A DNA stretch of 64,000 nt, taken from assembly GCA_041483895.1 (NCBI GenBank), contig JBGPGO010000003.1:96001-160000 (forward strand), given 5' to 3'. Origin of the DNA: Fimbriimonadia bacterium. GTDB lineage: Bacteria > Armatimonadota > Fimbriimonadia > Fimbriimonadales > JABRVX01. This document shows, in pieces, positions 54,443-64,000 of the stretch; the stretch's first letter is position 1, and each line of letters opens with the position of its first letter. The translations under genes were made by a program, and so were the position numbers. The notes below the pieces were generated by a model that searched no databases, was not told where the DNA came from, and worked only from the letters and a program-made list of their open reading frames with translations.

Positions 54443-55075
54443 TTATTCGTTCGTCGCGGAGCCGAAAAGATGGCGCAGAATCGGGATTGCCAGAGCCAAA
54501 GTCCTCGCCCGATGGCTGATTTGGTTCTTCCGGCCTGGCGGCAACTCTCCGATTGTGCAGCCTTCCGTGGGGAGATAAAAAATGGGGTCGTAGCCAAAAC
54601 CGCCGGATCCGCGCGGCGCTTCGGCGATTCGGCCTTCCAGGGTGGCTTGGCATACCTTGACCGGCCCGCCGGGTTCCGCGATGGCGATTGCGCATCGGAA
54701 CCGTGCTGTCCGATCCTCTTCGGGAACACCGTCGAGCCGATCTAATATGATCCGCATCTTTTCCGGGAATGTGCTTTCTCCGGCGAACCGCTTGGAATGG
54801 AGCCCCGGCCCTACGTTCAGAGCATCGATCTCCAACCCAACGTCGTCCCCAATCGCAATCTCTCCGAACTGGTCGGCCGCCGAACGAGCCTTGATGATGG
54901 CATTTTCAGCGTAGGTTGACCCATTTTCTTCCGGTTCAAGAAAGCCTGGGAGGTCCGCCAAGGTCAAGATCGGAATATCCCGGAGACCTTCTCGAAGGAT
55001 TTCCGCCATCTCGCGCCCTTTGCCGGCGTTGTTCGTTGCGAGTATCAGGCGCTTCAAAGAGGAGTGTTGAGGCAT
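54443..55075 (-). CDS. rdgB: Non-canonical purine NTP pyrophosphatase (RdgB/HAM1)
   Basis: LATNNAGK, ENA.IKA, GFGYDPIF, KNQISHR. Confidence 0.93.
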   Translation of the reverse strand: MPQHSSLKRLILATNNAGKGREMAEILREGLRDIPILTLADLPGFLEPEENGSTYAENAIIKARSAADQFGEIAIGDDVGLEIDALNVGPGLHSKRFAGESTFPEKMRIILDRLDGVPEEDRTARFRCAIAIAEPGGPVKVCQATLEGRIAEAPRGSGGFGYDPIFYLPTEGCTIGELPPGRKNQISHRARTLALAIPILRHLFGSATNE

Positions 55076-55776
55076 TCTCGTTGGGCTTCGAAGATCTGTT
55101 CCAGACCGTGCTGGGCCATGTGCAGCATTCGCGCGAGCCGCTGTTCGGTAAACGGTGCGCTTTCGGCAGTGCCTTGCACCTCGACAAATTTGGCCGAATC
55201 CGTCATCACGATGTTCATGTCCACCGCTGCCGACGAGTCCTCATCATATTTGAGGTCCAGCAGCTCCACTCCCATAACGACCCCGATGCTGATTGCGGCA
55301 ACCGCTTCTGATATCACGGATCGGCTGACAAACCCCTTTTCCCGCATCCAATTGACCGCGTCGATCAAGGCGACATACCCGCCGGTAATAGCAGCCGTCC
55401 GGGTTCCGCCATCGCCGCGCAGGACATCGCAGTCTATGGTGATGGTCCGCTCGCCCAGGGCCTCCAAATCGCTGACGGAACGCAATGACCGACCGATGAG
55501 CCTTTGGATCTCCTGGGTGCGGCCGCCGGCGCCGCGCTCTCGCTCGCGGGCAGTTCGTTGGAGGCAGGCCCTCGGCAGCATGGAATATTCCGCGGTGATC
55601 CAGCCGCCGCCGGAGCCCTTTAGCCATGGCGGCACTTTGTCTTCGACTGAGGCAGCGCACAGGACATGGGTATCCCCGAGGGTGATCAAACATGAGCCTT
55701 CGGCATATTTGACCGCCCCGCGTTCTAATCTTAAAGGCCGGATTTCGTCCGGTTTCCTGCCATCCGATCGAGCCAA
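55054..55776 (-). CDS. rph: Ribonuclease PH
   Basis: AEGSC, GWITAEYSMLPRA, RTQEIQRLIGRSLR, DGGTRTAAITG, EVQGTAE. Confidence 0.96.
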   Translation of the reverse strand: MARSDGRKPDEIRPLRLERGAVKYAEGSCLITLGDTHVLCAASVEDKVPPWLKGSGGGWITAEYSMLPRACLQRTARERERGAGGRTQEIQRLIGRSLRSVSDLEALGERTITIDCDVLRGDGGTRTAAITGGYVALIDAVNWMREKGFVSRSVISEAVAAISIGVVMGVELLDLKYDEDSSAAVDMNIVMTDSAKFVEVQGTAESAPFTEQRLARMLHMAQHGLEQIFEAQRECLNTPL

Positions 55777-56003
55777 GAATTCCTCCGCTTTCTCCGGGTT
55801 GAGGTGTGGATTGTACCTCTGGCCTGTCGTTCACCCGAAAACCCCTCGGCATCGAAAACTGCCTCAAATTGGCGGTTTGTTCGGAGAAAAGCACCCGAAT
55901 CTAACGCGATTTTCTTCGCAAGTATTCAGTTTTCCCAAATGTATCCGACAATTCCAACGATAACACAGGCGTGAACGCCTGCCACAAAAGGAGTGTGCGA
56001 TAC

Positions 56004-56597
56004 ATGGCTGTAAAGACCAGAAGCACCATCAAGCCGGCGATTAGAAGCATCGCTGGTACAGTTTTGAAGAAGTCAAAGGTTACAACGAAGCGAAAGACCA
56101 CCGGCAAACGAGTTGTCAAGTCCCTTCGCACGACGACCCGTGGCGTAAAGACGACCCGCTCGCTGGGCGTTTCCAAGCGAAACATCCTTCCGAAGGATGC
56201 CATCGGCGCTTACTCCAACTCCGTTACCATCCCGCAGTTCCTCCCGTTCTTCCACATCAAGTTTGAGAAGTTCGCGGGCGGTATAAAGTGCTGGCTCGGT
56301 AGCAATTCACCGGATGCGGTCATCAATCTGAACCGCTACTTCCAGAGCTACACCGGTAGCATGGTCAGCCTGAACCTGTTGCTCAACGGTGTGCCGTGGT
56401 TCAACTTCAACTTCGCGTTCGGCAACTGCAACTGGAAGCCGATCGGCAACGGTGGCTGGTATGTCTGCAACACCACCGACAGGGACTATCTGAAGGCTCT
56501 GCACAGCTTCGTTGAGCTGGCGAACTACAGCCTCAAGTACGGTTGCACCTGCTGCCTCAGTATCGGTGGCAACCCACTCTGCTGCTGCATTCTCTAA
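56004..56597 (+). CDS. Hypothetical protein: basic K/R/T tail plus Cys-rich C-terminus
   Basis: AAGGAG SD; GC3-rich codon usage; ends GCTCCLSIGGNPLCCCIL; terminator follows. Confidence 0.8.
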   Translation: MAVKTRSTIKPAIRSIAGTVLKKSKVTTKRKTTGKRVVKSLRTTTRGVKTTRSLGVSKRNILPKDAIGAYSNSVTIPQFLPFFHIKFEKFAGGIKCWLGSNSPDAVINLNRYFQSYTGSMVSLNLLLNGVPWFNFNFAFGNCNWKPIGNGGWYVCNTTDRDYLKALHSFVELANYSLKYGCTCCLSIGGNPLCCCIL

Positions 56598-56623
56598 GTT
56601 TCGCGTAGAGTCCACCCTTCTTC

Positions 56624-56660
56624 GGGCCTGTTCGAGAAATCGGGCAGGCCCCTTGTTTTT
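56624..56660 (+). terminator. Rho-independent terminator
   Basis: gggcctgttcga-gaaa-tcgggcaggccc plus cttgttttt. Confidence 0.7.
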
Positions 56661-56821
56661 GCCAGGAATTATCGCAACCTTGATGGATTACCAGCCAATT
56701 CAGGGAATATTCTGATGGAAGCGTCGCGTAGAGACGGTGGTGCGATTCCGCGGTCGCAGAGTGTTTGTACTACAATGGAGACGGAATTGTGCGGGAAACG
56801 AACGAGAAATTGGGGGCTGTA

Positions 56822-57538
56822 ATGAAAGTAATTCTGTGTATTCCGATTTTGGCTCTAGCGGTGGGTGGGGCAGTGGCGCAAAAGGCCGCGACTCCGCCGA
56901 AGCCGTTCTTTACTGAAATCAAGATATTCAAGGCCGATAAGCCGGTTCTGACCGTGAAGTATTGGCAAGACGGCGACATGATCCGAAGGGAGTACGGCAA
57001 GAGTTTCTTGACGACCTACCTGACGACCAAAGAGGGCACCTACATCATCGTCAACAACCAGGACCGGGCTGTGAGGGTCAACAACAATCACTATCAAATC
57101 CAGGGCAAATTGGTTGAAAAGAATGCCCTGTGGCCGATGGGAGACGTCGACGGATTCTTGAAAGAATGGAACGCCAAGCTGCTCGGCGAGACCGATCTGG
57201 CCGCCAACGGCAAGACCATCAAGGCGCTGAAGTACACGTATTCTCTCAAGGACGCCAATAAAACTATGGCCACCTTGTGGATTGAAAAGGCGACTCATAA
57301 GCCGATCAAGGTCGTTTGGGGCAAGAACGTCAATATCGATGTCGCGCCCTCGAAGTTGAAGAAGGGCGAACTCCAGGAGTTCCAAACGCGGATTGAGTAC
57401 TCGAAGTACATCGTTGGAGACCAGATTGCCAAAGAGATGTTCGCCAAGCCGAGTTTGGTGGTTGATTTGGGCGATGGCCCCATCGTCGGCAAAGGCAAGC
57501 CGAAGACCACGGGAGACGCCACTCCTTCCGGCGGCTAG
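56822..57538 (+). CDS. Secreted hypothetical protein (LolA/DUF4412-like beta fold)
   Basis: Signal peptide; YWQDGDMIRRE, LLGETD...KY...TLWIEK..HKPIK, MFAKP pattern. Confidence 0.65.
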   Translation: MKVILCIPILALAVGGAVAQKAATPPKPFFTEIKIFKADKPVLTVKYWQDGDMIRREYGKSFLTTYLTTKEGTYIIVNNQDRAVRVNNNHYQIQGKLVEKNALWPMGDVDGFLKEWNAKLLGETDLAANGKTIKALKYTYSLKDANKTMATLWIEKATHKPIKVVWGKNVNIDVAPSKLKKGELQEFQTRIEYSKYIVGDQIAKEMFAKPSLVVDLGDGPIVGKGKPKTTGDATPSGG

Positions 57539-57562
57539 CCCAGTTTCTTCTCTCCAGAAATC

Positions 57563-57600
57563 GTAGATTCCGGGGTCAAACGGCCCCGGAATCTACTTGT
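57563..57600 (+). terminator. Rho-independent terminator
   Basis: gtagattccgggg-tcaaacgg-ccccggaatctac plus ttgt. Confidence 0.7.
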
Positions 57601-57666
57601 ATTTGCCCCGAAATCCGGCTAGGAAGCAAAAATTGTTGCAGGCAACCGCTAATCTTCCGCGCTGTG

Positions 57667-57706
57667 TGTTATAATGGCCAATCGAGGGGTAGTGAAATTT
57701 CACTAC
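57667..57706 (+). promoter_or_regulatory. Extended -10 promoter followed by an 18-bp perfect palindrome (operator candidate)
   Basis: tg-t-tataat at 57667-57675; gtagtgaaatttcactac at 57689-57706. Confidence 0.55.
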
Positions 57707-57966
57707 GGCGCTAGTGGTAACGGAAAAGGGGCCGAAAGGCGTCAGAGCAACCTAAACCGAATGCTCCGGTGTTCAGTCTGGTTTCGATTTGATAACCGGT
57801 ATCCGGTTTCCCAGCCACGGCAGCGTAATGAGATCGATTTTCGGTCTCGGTTGCGGGATGCGGCGTATGGAGGGGAAAGCGTTCTTCTCAAGCGTGTATC
57901 CAGAGCATTGCACTTCCTATTGGGAGTTGCATGTAATCGTGTGTTCGGAAGGAGTAGAGAATACAG

Positions 57967-58941
57967 ATGTCTATTTTGAATAAGACGCTGTGGGCGTGTT
58001 GCGCGGTCTTCGTGGTTGGCAGCAGCTTCGGCCAGCTAACTCGTGGCAATGACAACAATAATGGTGTCCATGGCTCGATCATTGGAAACGGCGGCGTTTC
58101 GACGGCCGCGGAATGCAATAACGGAAGCTCGGAACCGGTCGTTAAGGAAGTCCCGAACTTGATTTGGGTTCATGAGGCGGTTACCGATCCGTTCGACGGT
58201 GGGTTGAAGACCGGGTTCCGCCCGGAAACCATCTTCTTCGATGACTGGACCATCCGGTATCTCATCGAAACCAAACTCGGCATCGAGATCAACTGCGAAG
58301 GGTTTGACTTCATTCTTCAGGCGATCCGGTTGAGCAAGCAGACCCCGGTGCAGAAGTGCACCGCGTTTGTTTCGGGTCCGGGCGCGGGTCTCAACACCAA
58401 CTTCGATACAGGCCTAAGAAAGGCCCAGACTGCGAATTTGGACGAGTTGTTCTGCGCCTGGGTGTTTAGTATGCCGCCTGACGGGCCGTGCCTTGGCACC
58501 CGGTGCCTTCTGTTCTCGCCGCCGCTTACCAAGTACAGCCTTGAGGTCGACTATGTCCGAAGGGACAAGACGACCGGAACGATCAGCGCTCCGTACAAGA
58601 GAATCTACTGCATCTTGGTGAAGATCCCGACGATCGAAGAGATCAAGTGCAATATCGAGTACTTCAGCACAGTCGCGGCCGGCGTGACGCAGAAGTGCAA
58701 GATCGACATGTCTTGCGTTGACGCTCTGAACGCGGCGCTCGACTTAGCAGATCCGCTCGAAGCCCTGCTTGAGTTCGAGACTGTCATCGCCTTCTGCGCA
58801 ACGGATTTCGAAACGTTGCTGGCCAAAGATGAAAAGGGCAACTATGATGCCCGGTTTATCTTCGACTATCTCATCGACAGCGATGAGGAGCCAATCGGTT
58901 GCCTCCTCATCGAACAAGCCAACGCTTTGCTCTGGCACTAA
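57967..58941 (+). CDS. Secreted Cys-rich hypothetical protein
   Basis: Signal peptide, 12 Cys in the mature region, AAGGAG upstream, own terminator. Confidence 0.78.
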   Translation: MSILNKTLWACCAVFVVGSSFGQLTRGNDNNNGVHGSIIGNGGVSTAAECNNGSSEPVVKEVPNLIWVHEAVTDPFDGGLKTGFRPETIFFDDWTIRYLIETKLGIEINCEGFDFILQAIRLSKQTPVQKCTAFVSGPGAGLNTNFDTGLRKAQTANLDELFCAWVFSMPPDGPCLGTRCLLFSPPLTKYSLEVDYVRRDKTTGTISAPYKRIYCILVKIPTIEEIKCNIEYFSTVAAGVTQKCKIDMSCVDALNAALDLADPLEALLEFETVIAFCATDFETLLAKDEKGNYDARFIFDYLIDSDEEPIGCLLIEQANALLWH

Positions 58942-58970
58942 TCGGCTAGCACAAAGCAGTGTTAGTAAGA

Positions 58971-59003
58971 ATGGGCCGCCTTCGGGCGGTCCATCTGCTT
59001 TTT
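58971..59003 (+). terminator. Rho-independent terminator
   Basis: atgggccgcc-ttcg-ggcggtccat plus ctgcttttt. Confidence 0.75.
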
Positions 59004-59034
59004 CACCAAAACTAATCTAAATTTAGCCGCTCGG

Positions 59035-59063
59035 TTGACTTCGATCCCTACCTGTGGTATTCT
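59035..59063 (+). promoter_or_regulatory. Sigma70-type promoter of smc
   Basis: TTGACT-N17-TATTCT. Confidence 0.65.
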
Positions 59064-59085
59064 CGTCCCACTACGGAAGGTCTAC

Positions 59086-62000
59086 TTGTATCTCAAACGA
59101 GTTAAGCTGTTCGGATTTAAGAGCTTTGCGGATCGCACTGAGCTTGAATTCAACCCACACCTGATCGCCATCGTCGGACCCAACGGTTGCGGCAAAAGCA
59201 ACATCGTTGACGCCATCCTGTGGGCGCTTGGCGAGCACAATCCGCGTGTGCTCCGCGCCGGCACCGCATCCGAAGTTATCTTCTCCGGGTCGGCGCGCCG
59301 AAAAGGGCTCGGATACGCCGAAGTTCAACTTACATTCGATAACGATGACGGCGGTTTGGGCTTCCCGGCCGCCGAGGTCGCCACAACGCGACGAGTAACG
59401 CTGGATGGCGAGAGCGAGTACTTCATCAACGGCCGGTCATGCCGACAAAAAGATATCGTCGACCTATTCGCGGATACCGGTCTTGGTCGAACAGGGTATG
59501 GCATCGTCGGCCAGCAGGAGCTGGACTCGCTACTCACAGCGCTGCCGGAACAGCGCCGTCTCCTCATCGACGAAGCGGCGGGCGTGCAGAAGTTTCGCGT
59601 CCGAAAGGCAGACACGCTCAAGCGGCTCGAGGCGGCAAACCAGCACCTCCGTCGCGCACAGGACCTGGTAGACGAAATGGAGCGGCAGCTGGCCCCGCTG
59701 GAGAAACAGGCCGCGCTCGCACACGCATACCGCGCGGCCCGGGCCCGCCTCGACGAATTGGAGCTCGACCTGATCCTGCGGGACCTTTTGAAGTTCACAG
59801 AGCAGTTGGCCGCTATCGACGAAGAGGTCTCGAATCTGGCCTCGAACGCGGCCCAGCTCGACCGCCGGCTGCAAGAAAGCGAACAGGCCGCCGCCGCGCT
59901 TGGCGAAACGATCGGGGAGGCGGAAAAGGAGCTGGATCATCGCCGCAACCTCCAGCAGGGCGCCTTCACGGCCCTAGAGCGCGCGGACAACGCCGTCGCC
60001 CTGGCAGAGGAACGGTTGCGCTCATTGCAACAGATCATCGTCTCCGAAGAGCAACGGGCCGATAGCAGCTCCGGTGAAATCAGCCGGCTCCGGTCCGAGT
60101 TGAATGAGTCCCAACAGCAGCTTGATGCCACAAATAAGCGATTGGCTGAACTGGGTGACGGCGCACTGGTTCTAGAATTGCAGCGCACTCGTGGCGAACT
60201 AGAACAAGCGAGGGAGCAGTTAACGGAGATCCGCCGCACCGAGGCCGCCCGGCAGCGAGAGGAAGTGGAACGCCGAGAGTCCGTCGCGCGAATCGGCCGG
60301 ATGCGAGACGAAATCACGGAGCTGAGCCGCGAGCGATACCCGCTGGAGGCATCGGTGGCCGATTTGGCCGATCGGCTTGCCACCTCAACCGGGCGGGTCC
60401 AAGATACGGAGGCGGAACGAGCGAAGGCCGAAACCGATTTGGAAAGCGTTCGCGAGGCAAGAGCGCGGATTTCCTCCGATCTCGCGGATCGGCAAAGGGA
60501 GCTTGCGGCGGCGGAAGCCCGGCGAGAGACGTTGGCTGCCGGGACCCCGGGAGATGTCACGACCAAACTGTTGGAAGACAAGCGTCTGTCCCGCCTTGCA
60601 AAGCGGCTTACCGTCAAGCCTGAGCACCGGATAGCTATCGATGCGGCTCTTGCTGCCGGTGGCGAAGCGCTGATCGCCGCAACCGGTGCGATCGCGAGGG
60701 AAGTGATGGGTCTCCTCACCGAACTGCAAGAAGGAAGGGCGTGGATCATGTCGCCGGAAACGGTCCGGCGGTCGGCTGGCGATGCTCTTCGCACTGCGGC
60801 GAGGGCAGCCGGGGCGCTTGGGTTGGCAAGCGATTTCGTCGGATGTTCTTCCCCGGACAACGAGATTGTCGGCGCGCTCCTCGGTACCACTGTTATCTGC
60901 CCGGATTGGCCCCAGGCATTGGCGCTGGCCGATCAATTGACGGGCTGGGACCGGATTGTCACTTTGGCGGGGGAGACGATCGAATCTTCGGGCGCCTGGC
61001 AGGCCGGTCCGATTCGCGGACGAGTTGCCATCGAATCCGAATTGCGTGACCTTGCCGAAGCGATCGAAACCATGGAAGCCGAGTGCGAAACACTTTCGAT
61101 GTCTTTGGCCGAAACGGACCGAAAGACCGAGGTGGCAGTCGCCCAAAAGCAGGCTCTCGATCGCGATGCGTCTCTGCGGCGGACGGAGAACGCGGAGGCC
61201 GAACGAAACTACGTGGTAGCCTCGCAGCGGTTGGAAATGCTGGTCAAACGGTCGGGTGATTTGGAAAGCCAAATCAAGGAACTGTCGGAGAAAATGCCCA
61301 CGGAATCGGCGTTCGAGGACCTCGGGGACCCGGACGAAATCCAGCAGCGCGTCAGCGATCTGGAACGGGAAGTGGCAGCCCGAGAAACCTCCCAAACGCA
61401 CCACAGCAAAGAGCTGCGCGACCTGGAAGCCGTGGCGGAGGGGCAATCCACCCGTGTTGCGCGACTCAAGGCTCAAATCGCACAGGCCGGCGATAAGGAC
61501 GACCAGGATCGTTCGCGCCTCTTCGAACTCGCTCAGAAAGTCGAACGCGCCGAAGCCGATGTGGAGAACGGCAAAAACGCCGCTGAAACAGCCCGTGAGG
61601 CAAAGCTGGATGCCGACGGCAAATTTGAGGAGGCCCGACTCGCGCGAGCGGCATTACTCGAAGAGAGTTTTCGCGCCGGCGAGCTGGGGAAGACCCTTCG
61701 GCAGGAACGAGGGTCGCTTTCGGATCGCGCCCACGGATTGGATTTGGATCGGGCAAAGGCGGATATCAAGCGCTCTCAGATCCTCTCGACGCTTGCCCAA
61801 GACAGAGAGATCGGGGCCGAACGCGCGCTACTGATGGCGACGAAGTTGGAAGTGCCGCAGGACGCGGATCGTGAGGCGGCCGCGCTCCGCAGGCAGCTCC
61901 GCGATATGGGCGAGGTCAATATCGGCGCGGTGGATGCCCTCGATGAGCTGCGCGATCGGCATCGAGACCTGGTCACCCAGCGGGATGACCTGCTGGATGC

Positions 62001-62526
62001 CAAGAACCAGATTCTCGCCGCGATGAAAGAGATCGAGGCCGCAACCCTGGAGCGGTTCCTCACCACGTTCGACGCTGTGAGGCAAGAGTTTGAAATCATC
62101 ATGGGGCGGCTCTTTGAAGGAGGTCAGGGAGAGATCACTCTCACCGACCCGAACGATTTGATGGCGAGCGGGGTTAACATCGCGGCGCAGCTATCCGGCA
62201 AGCGATTGCAGCGAATGGAGCTTCTTTCCGGCGGGGAGCGCTCCCTCACCGCATTGGCGTTCCTGTTTGCGCTGCTCCGAGTCAAGCCCAGTCCGCTCTG
62301 CATTTTGGACGAGGTGGACGCGGCATTGGACGGCCGCAACGTCGAGCGATTCTGCGATCTGCTGCGCGATATGGCCTCCAGGGTGCAGTTCCTCGTCGTG
62401 ACCCACAACGCCGTCACTATCGAGAACTCGGACGTATGGTACGGCGTCACGATGCAGGAGCCGGGAGTCAGCACCGTCATCCCGTTTGGCGCGGGCGCGC
62501 GGGCGGTCGTCGAAGCGGTGGTGTAA
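59086..62526 (+). CDS. smc: Chromosome segregation protein SMC
   Basis: GFKSFA, GPNGCGKSN Walker A, coiled coils, hinge, LLSGGE, LDEVDAALD; TTG at 59086. Confidence 0.96.
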   Translation: MYLKRVKLFGFKSFADRTELEFNPHLIAIVGPNGCGKSNIVDAILWALGEHNPRVLRAGTASEVIFSGSARRKGLGYAEVQLTFDNDDGGLGFPAAEVATTRRVTLDGESEYFINGRSCRQKDIVDLFADTGLGRTGYGIVGQQELDSLLTALPEQRRLLIDEAAGVQKFRVRKADTLKRLEAANQHLRRAQDLVDEMERQLAPLEKQAALAHAYRAARARLDELELDLILRDLLKFTEQLAAIDEEVSNLASNAAQLDRRLQESEQAAAALGETIGEAEKELDHRRNLQQGAFTALERADNAVALAEERLRSLQQIIVSEEQRADSSSGEISRLRSELNESQQQLDATNKRLAELGDGALVLELQRTRGELEQAREQLTEIRRTEAARQREEVERRESVARIGRMRDEITELSRERYPLEASVADLADRLATSTGRVQDTEAERAKAETDLESVREARARISSDLADRQRELAAAEARRETLAAGTPGDVTTKLLEDKRLSRLAKRLTVKPEHRIAIDAALAAGGEALIAATGAIAREVMGLLTELQEGRAWIMSPETVRRSAGDALRTAARAAGALGLASDFVGCSSPDNEIVGALLGTTVICPDWPQALALADQLTGWDRIVTLAGETIESSGAWQAGPIRGRVAIESELRDLAEAIETMEAECETLSMSLAETDRKTEVAVAQKQALDRDASLRRTENAEAERNYVVASQRLEMLVKRSGDLESQIKELSEKMPTESAFEDLGDPDEIQQRVSDLEREVAARETSQTHHSKELRDLEAVAEGQSTRVARLKAQIAQAGDKDDQDRSRLFELAQKVERAEADVENGKNAAETAREAKLDADGKFEEARLARAALLEESFRAGELGKTLRQERGSLSDRAHGLDLDRAKADIKRSQILSTLAQDREIGAERALLMATKLEVPQDADREAAALRRQLRDMGEVNIGAVDALDELRDRHRDLVTQRDDLLDAKNQILAAMKEIEAATLERFLTTFDAVRQEFEIIMGRLFEGGQGEITLTDPNDLMASGVNIAAQLSGKRLQRMELLSGGERSLTALAFLFALLRVKPSPLCILDEVDAALDGRNVERFCDLLRDMASRVQFLVVTHNAVTIENSDVWYGVTMQEPGVSTVIPFGAGARAVVEAVV

Positions 62527-64000
62527 GTGACCGTCGTCGGTGTGGATGTCGGCGGCACATTCACGGACGTGGTGGCCGCCGTTGACGGCGAAATTATTAC
62601 GCTCAAGATCCCCTCGACGCCTCGCGACCCGTCCGAATCTGTTCTCCATGCCCTGCGTCATCTTGGCCTGAAACAGTTTCTCCTATTGCATGGCACTACG
62701 GTCGCCACCAACACCGTGCTGGAACGGAAAGGCGCGCGAACGGCCTTTGTCACGACGGACGGCTTTCGCGATATGCTGTCCATCGGCCGCCAGACCCGGC
62801 GGCGGCTGTACGACCTCGACCCACAGCCAACCCCGACGCTCATCCCGGCGTCCCTCTGTTTCGAGGTCAACGAGCGCGTCACTCATCTGGGAGAAATCTT
62901 GCGCTCCCCCACGGCGGAAGAGATTGAGGCGCTCGCCGCGAAATTGGCGAAGAAAGCGGTCGAGTCAGTCGCCGTCTGCTTCCTCTTTTCTTTTGCGCGC
63001 CCGGAACATGAGCTTCAGATCCGGGAGAAGCTCCATGCGCCGTTTGTGTCGCTTTCGCATGAAATCTCGCCGGAATTCCGTGAATATGAACGGGCCTCCA
63101 CGACAGCGATCAACGCCTACGTCGGCCCCAGGATGCACAGATATCTGAGCCGCCTCGATTCCGAGTCGAAGGCTCTCGGCGCGGAAGACCTCCGCATCAT
63201 GCACTCGAATGCCGGAACGCTTTCGATCCGCGAGGCCGCTAATCGTCCGGTCATGACCCTGCTGTCCGGGCCGGCGGCCGGCGTGGTGGCGGCGTGGGAG
63301 GTGGCAAGGCAGGCCGGTGTCACGCGGGCCGTCAGCTTCGATATGGGCGGAACATCTACCGACGTGGCGCTTCTCGACGGCGGGCCGGTTGCCACGTCGG
63401 GCGGGGAAATCGACGGCATGCCGATCCGGGTTCCCATGATGGACATTCATACCGTGGGGGCGGGAGGCGGCTCTATCGCCTGGATCGATCCAGCCGGGGC
63501 GCTCCGTGTCGGTCCTCAGAGCGCCGGGGCGGATCCCGGACCTGCCGCTTACGGCAAAGGCACGGATTTCACGGTGACGGACGCCAACCTCATCTTGGGC
63601 CGGCTGGTGCCGGAGACGTTCGCCGCCGGTTCGATAGCAATCGATCCGGCCCGATCGATGGATGCGGCATCGGCGCTCGCAAAAACGCTGGGAATGAAGC
63701 CGGACGACGTGGCGCGGGCCGTGATCGGGATCGCCAACGCCAACATGGCCCGTGCCATCCGCCGCGTCTCGATATCCAAGGGCTACGATCCCGCCGGTCT
63801 TTCGCTGGTGCCGTTTGGCGGCGCGGGCGCGCTGCATGCCTGCGCGCTGTGCGATCTCGTTGGTTTAGGACGCATCCTGCTGCCCCCGCGCCCCGGCCTG
63901 CTCTCGGCCCTCGGACTCCTGTTGGCGCCTGTGCAGCGCGAGGCCGTGCGGTCCGTAATGTGGACCGGTCCGGTCACCGAAGCGATGGTGCGGGAAGCCG
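62527..64000 (+). CDS. Hydantoinase/5-oxoprolinase (HyuA-like), runs off the window end
   Basis: VGVDVGGTFTD, HGTTVATN, REYERAST, LSGPAAG, DMGGTSTD, VGAGGGS, GPQSAGADPGPAAY. Confidence 0.93.
   Translation, partial: MTVVGVDVGGTFTDVVAAVDGEIITLKIPSTPRDPSESVLHALRHLGLKQFLLLHGTTVATNTVLERKGARTAFVTTDGFRDMLSIGRQTRRRLYDLDPQPTPTLIPASLCFEVNERVTHLGEILRSPTAEEIEALAAKLAKKAVESVAVCFLFSFARPEHELQIREKLHAPFVSLSHEISPEFREYERASTTAINAYVGPRMHRYLSRLDSESKALGAEDLRIMHSNAGTLSIREAANRPVMTLLSGPAAGVVAAWEVARQAGVTRAVSFDMGGTSTDVALLDGGPVATSGGEIDGMPIRVPMMDIHTVGAGGGSIAWIDPAGALRVGPQSAGADPGPAAYGKGTDFTVTDANLILGRLVPETFAAGSIAIDPARSMDAASALAKTLGMKPDDVARAVIGIANANMARAIRRVSISKGYDPAGLSLVPFGGAGALHACALCDLVGLGRILLPPRPGLLSALGLLLAPVQREAVRSVMWTGPVTEAMVREA

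Noticed and set aside
56583..56597. CaaX prenylation signal (CCIL)
   Set aside because: No secretion or host-association evidence; more simply part of the Cys cluster
57715..57780. c-di-GMP-I riboswitch
   Set aside because: It has a GAAA tetraloop and CCUAA, but lacks the GGCAAAC and GACGCAAAGC core; not supportable without an Infernal search
1..64000. tRNA, rRNA, prophage, integrase or IS transposase
   Set aside because: No cloverleaf/T-loop signatures, rRNA motifs, phage genes or transposase ORFs recognised

Overview
A roughly 60% GC bacterial chromosomal segment. The gene content suggests Armatimonadota (Fimbriimonas-like), inferred from PEP-CTERM proteins, dockerin-like C-terminal secreted proteins, a stalk-domain protein and FHA/STK signalling. 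Housekeeping genes: thiN plus an SSS transporter, lepB, pyrR-pyrB-pyrC-carA, rpsT, mqnC, comM, a trkA pair, thyX, comF, rph-rdgB, smc and a hydantoinase/oxoprolinase. These are interleaved with two ECF sigma/anti-sigma pairs, many secreted or surface proteins and unknown ORFs. I see no tRNA/rRNA, CRISPR array, prophage or transposase. Intergenic spaces carry at least five families of REP-like palindromes. Most notable unexplained features: (1) a triplicated ~90-aa gene family whose third copy lost its 5' end at a REP-like element; (2) a duplicated promoter/leader module with 21-bp tandem boxes upstream of two surface-protein genes; (3) an orphan degenerate flagellin-like gene; (4) a protein with a basic tail and Cys-rich end; (5) a tandem winged-helix protein; (6) an acyl-ACP-reductase-like gene pair; (7) a long structured leader ahead of a Cys-rich secreted protein. 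All family assignments come from reading motifs by eye; no searches were run.
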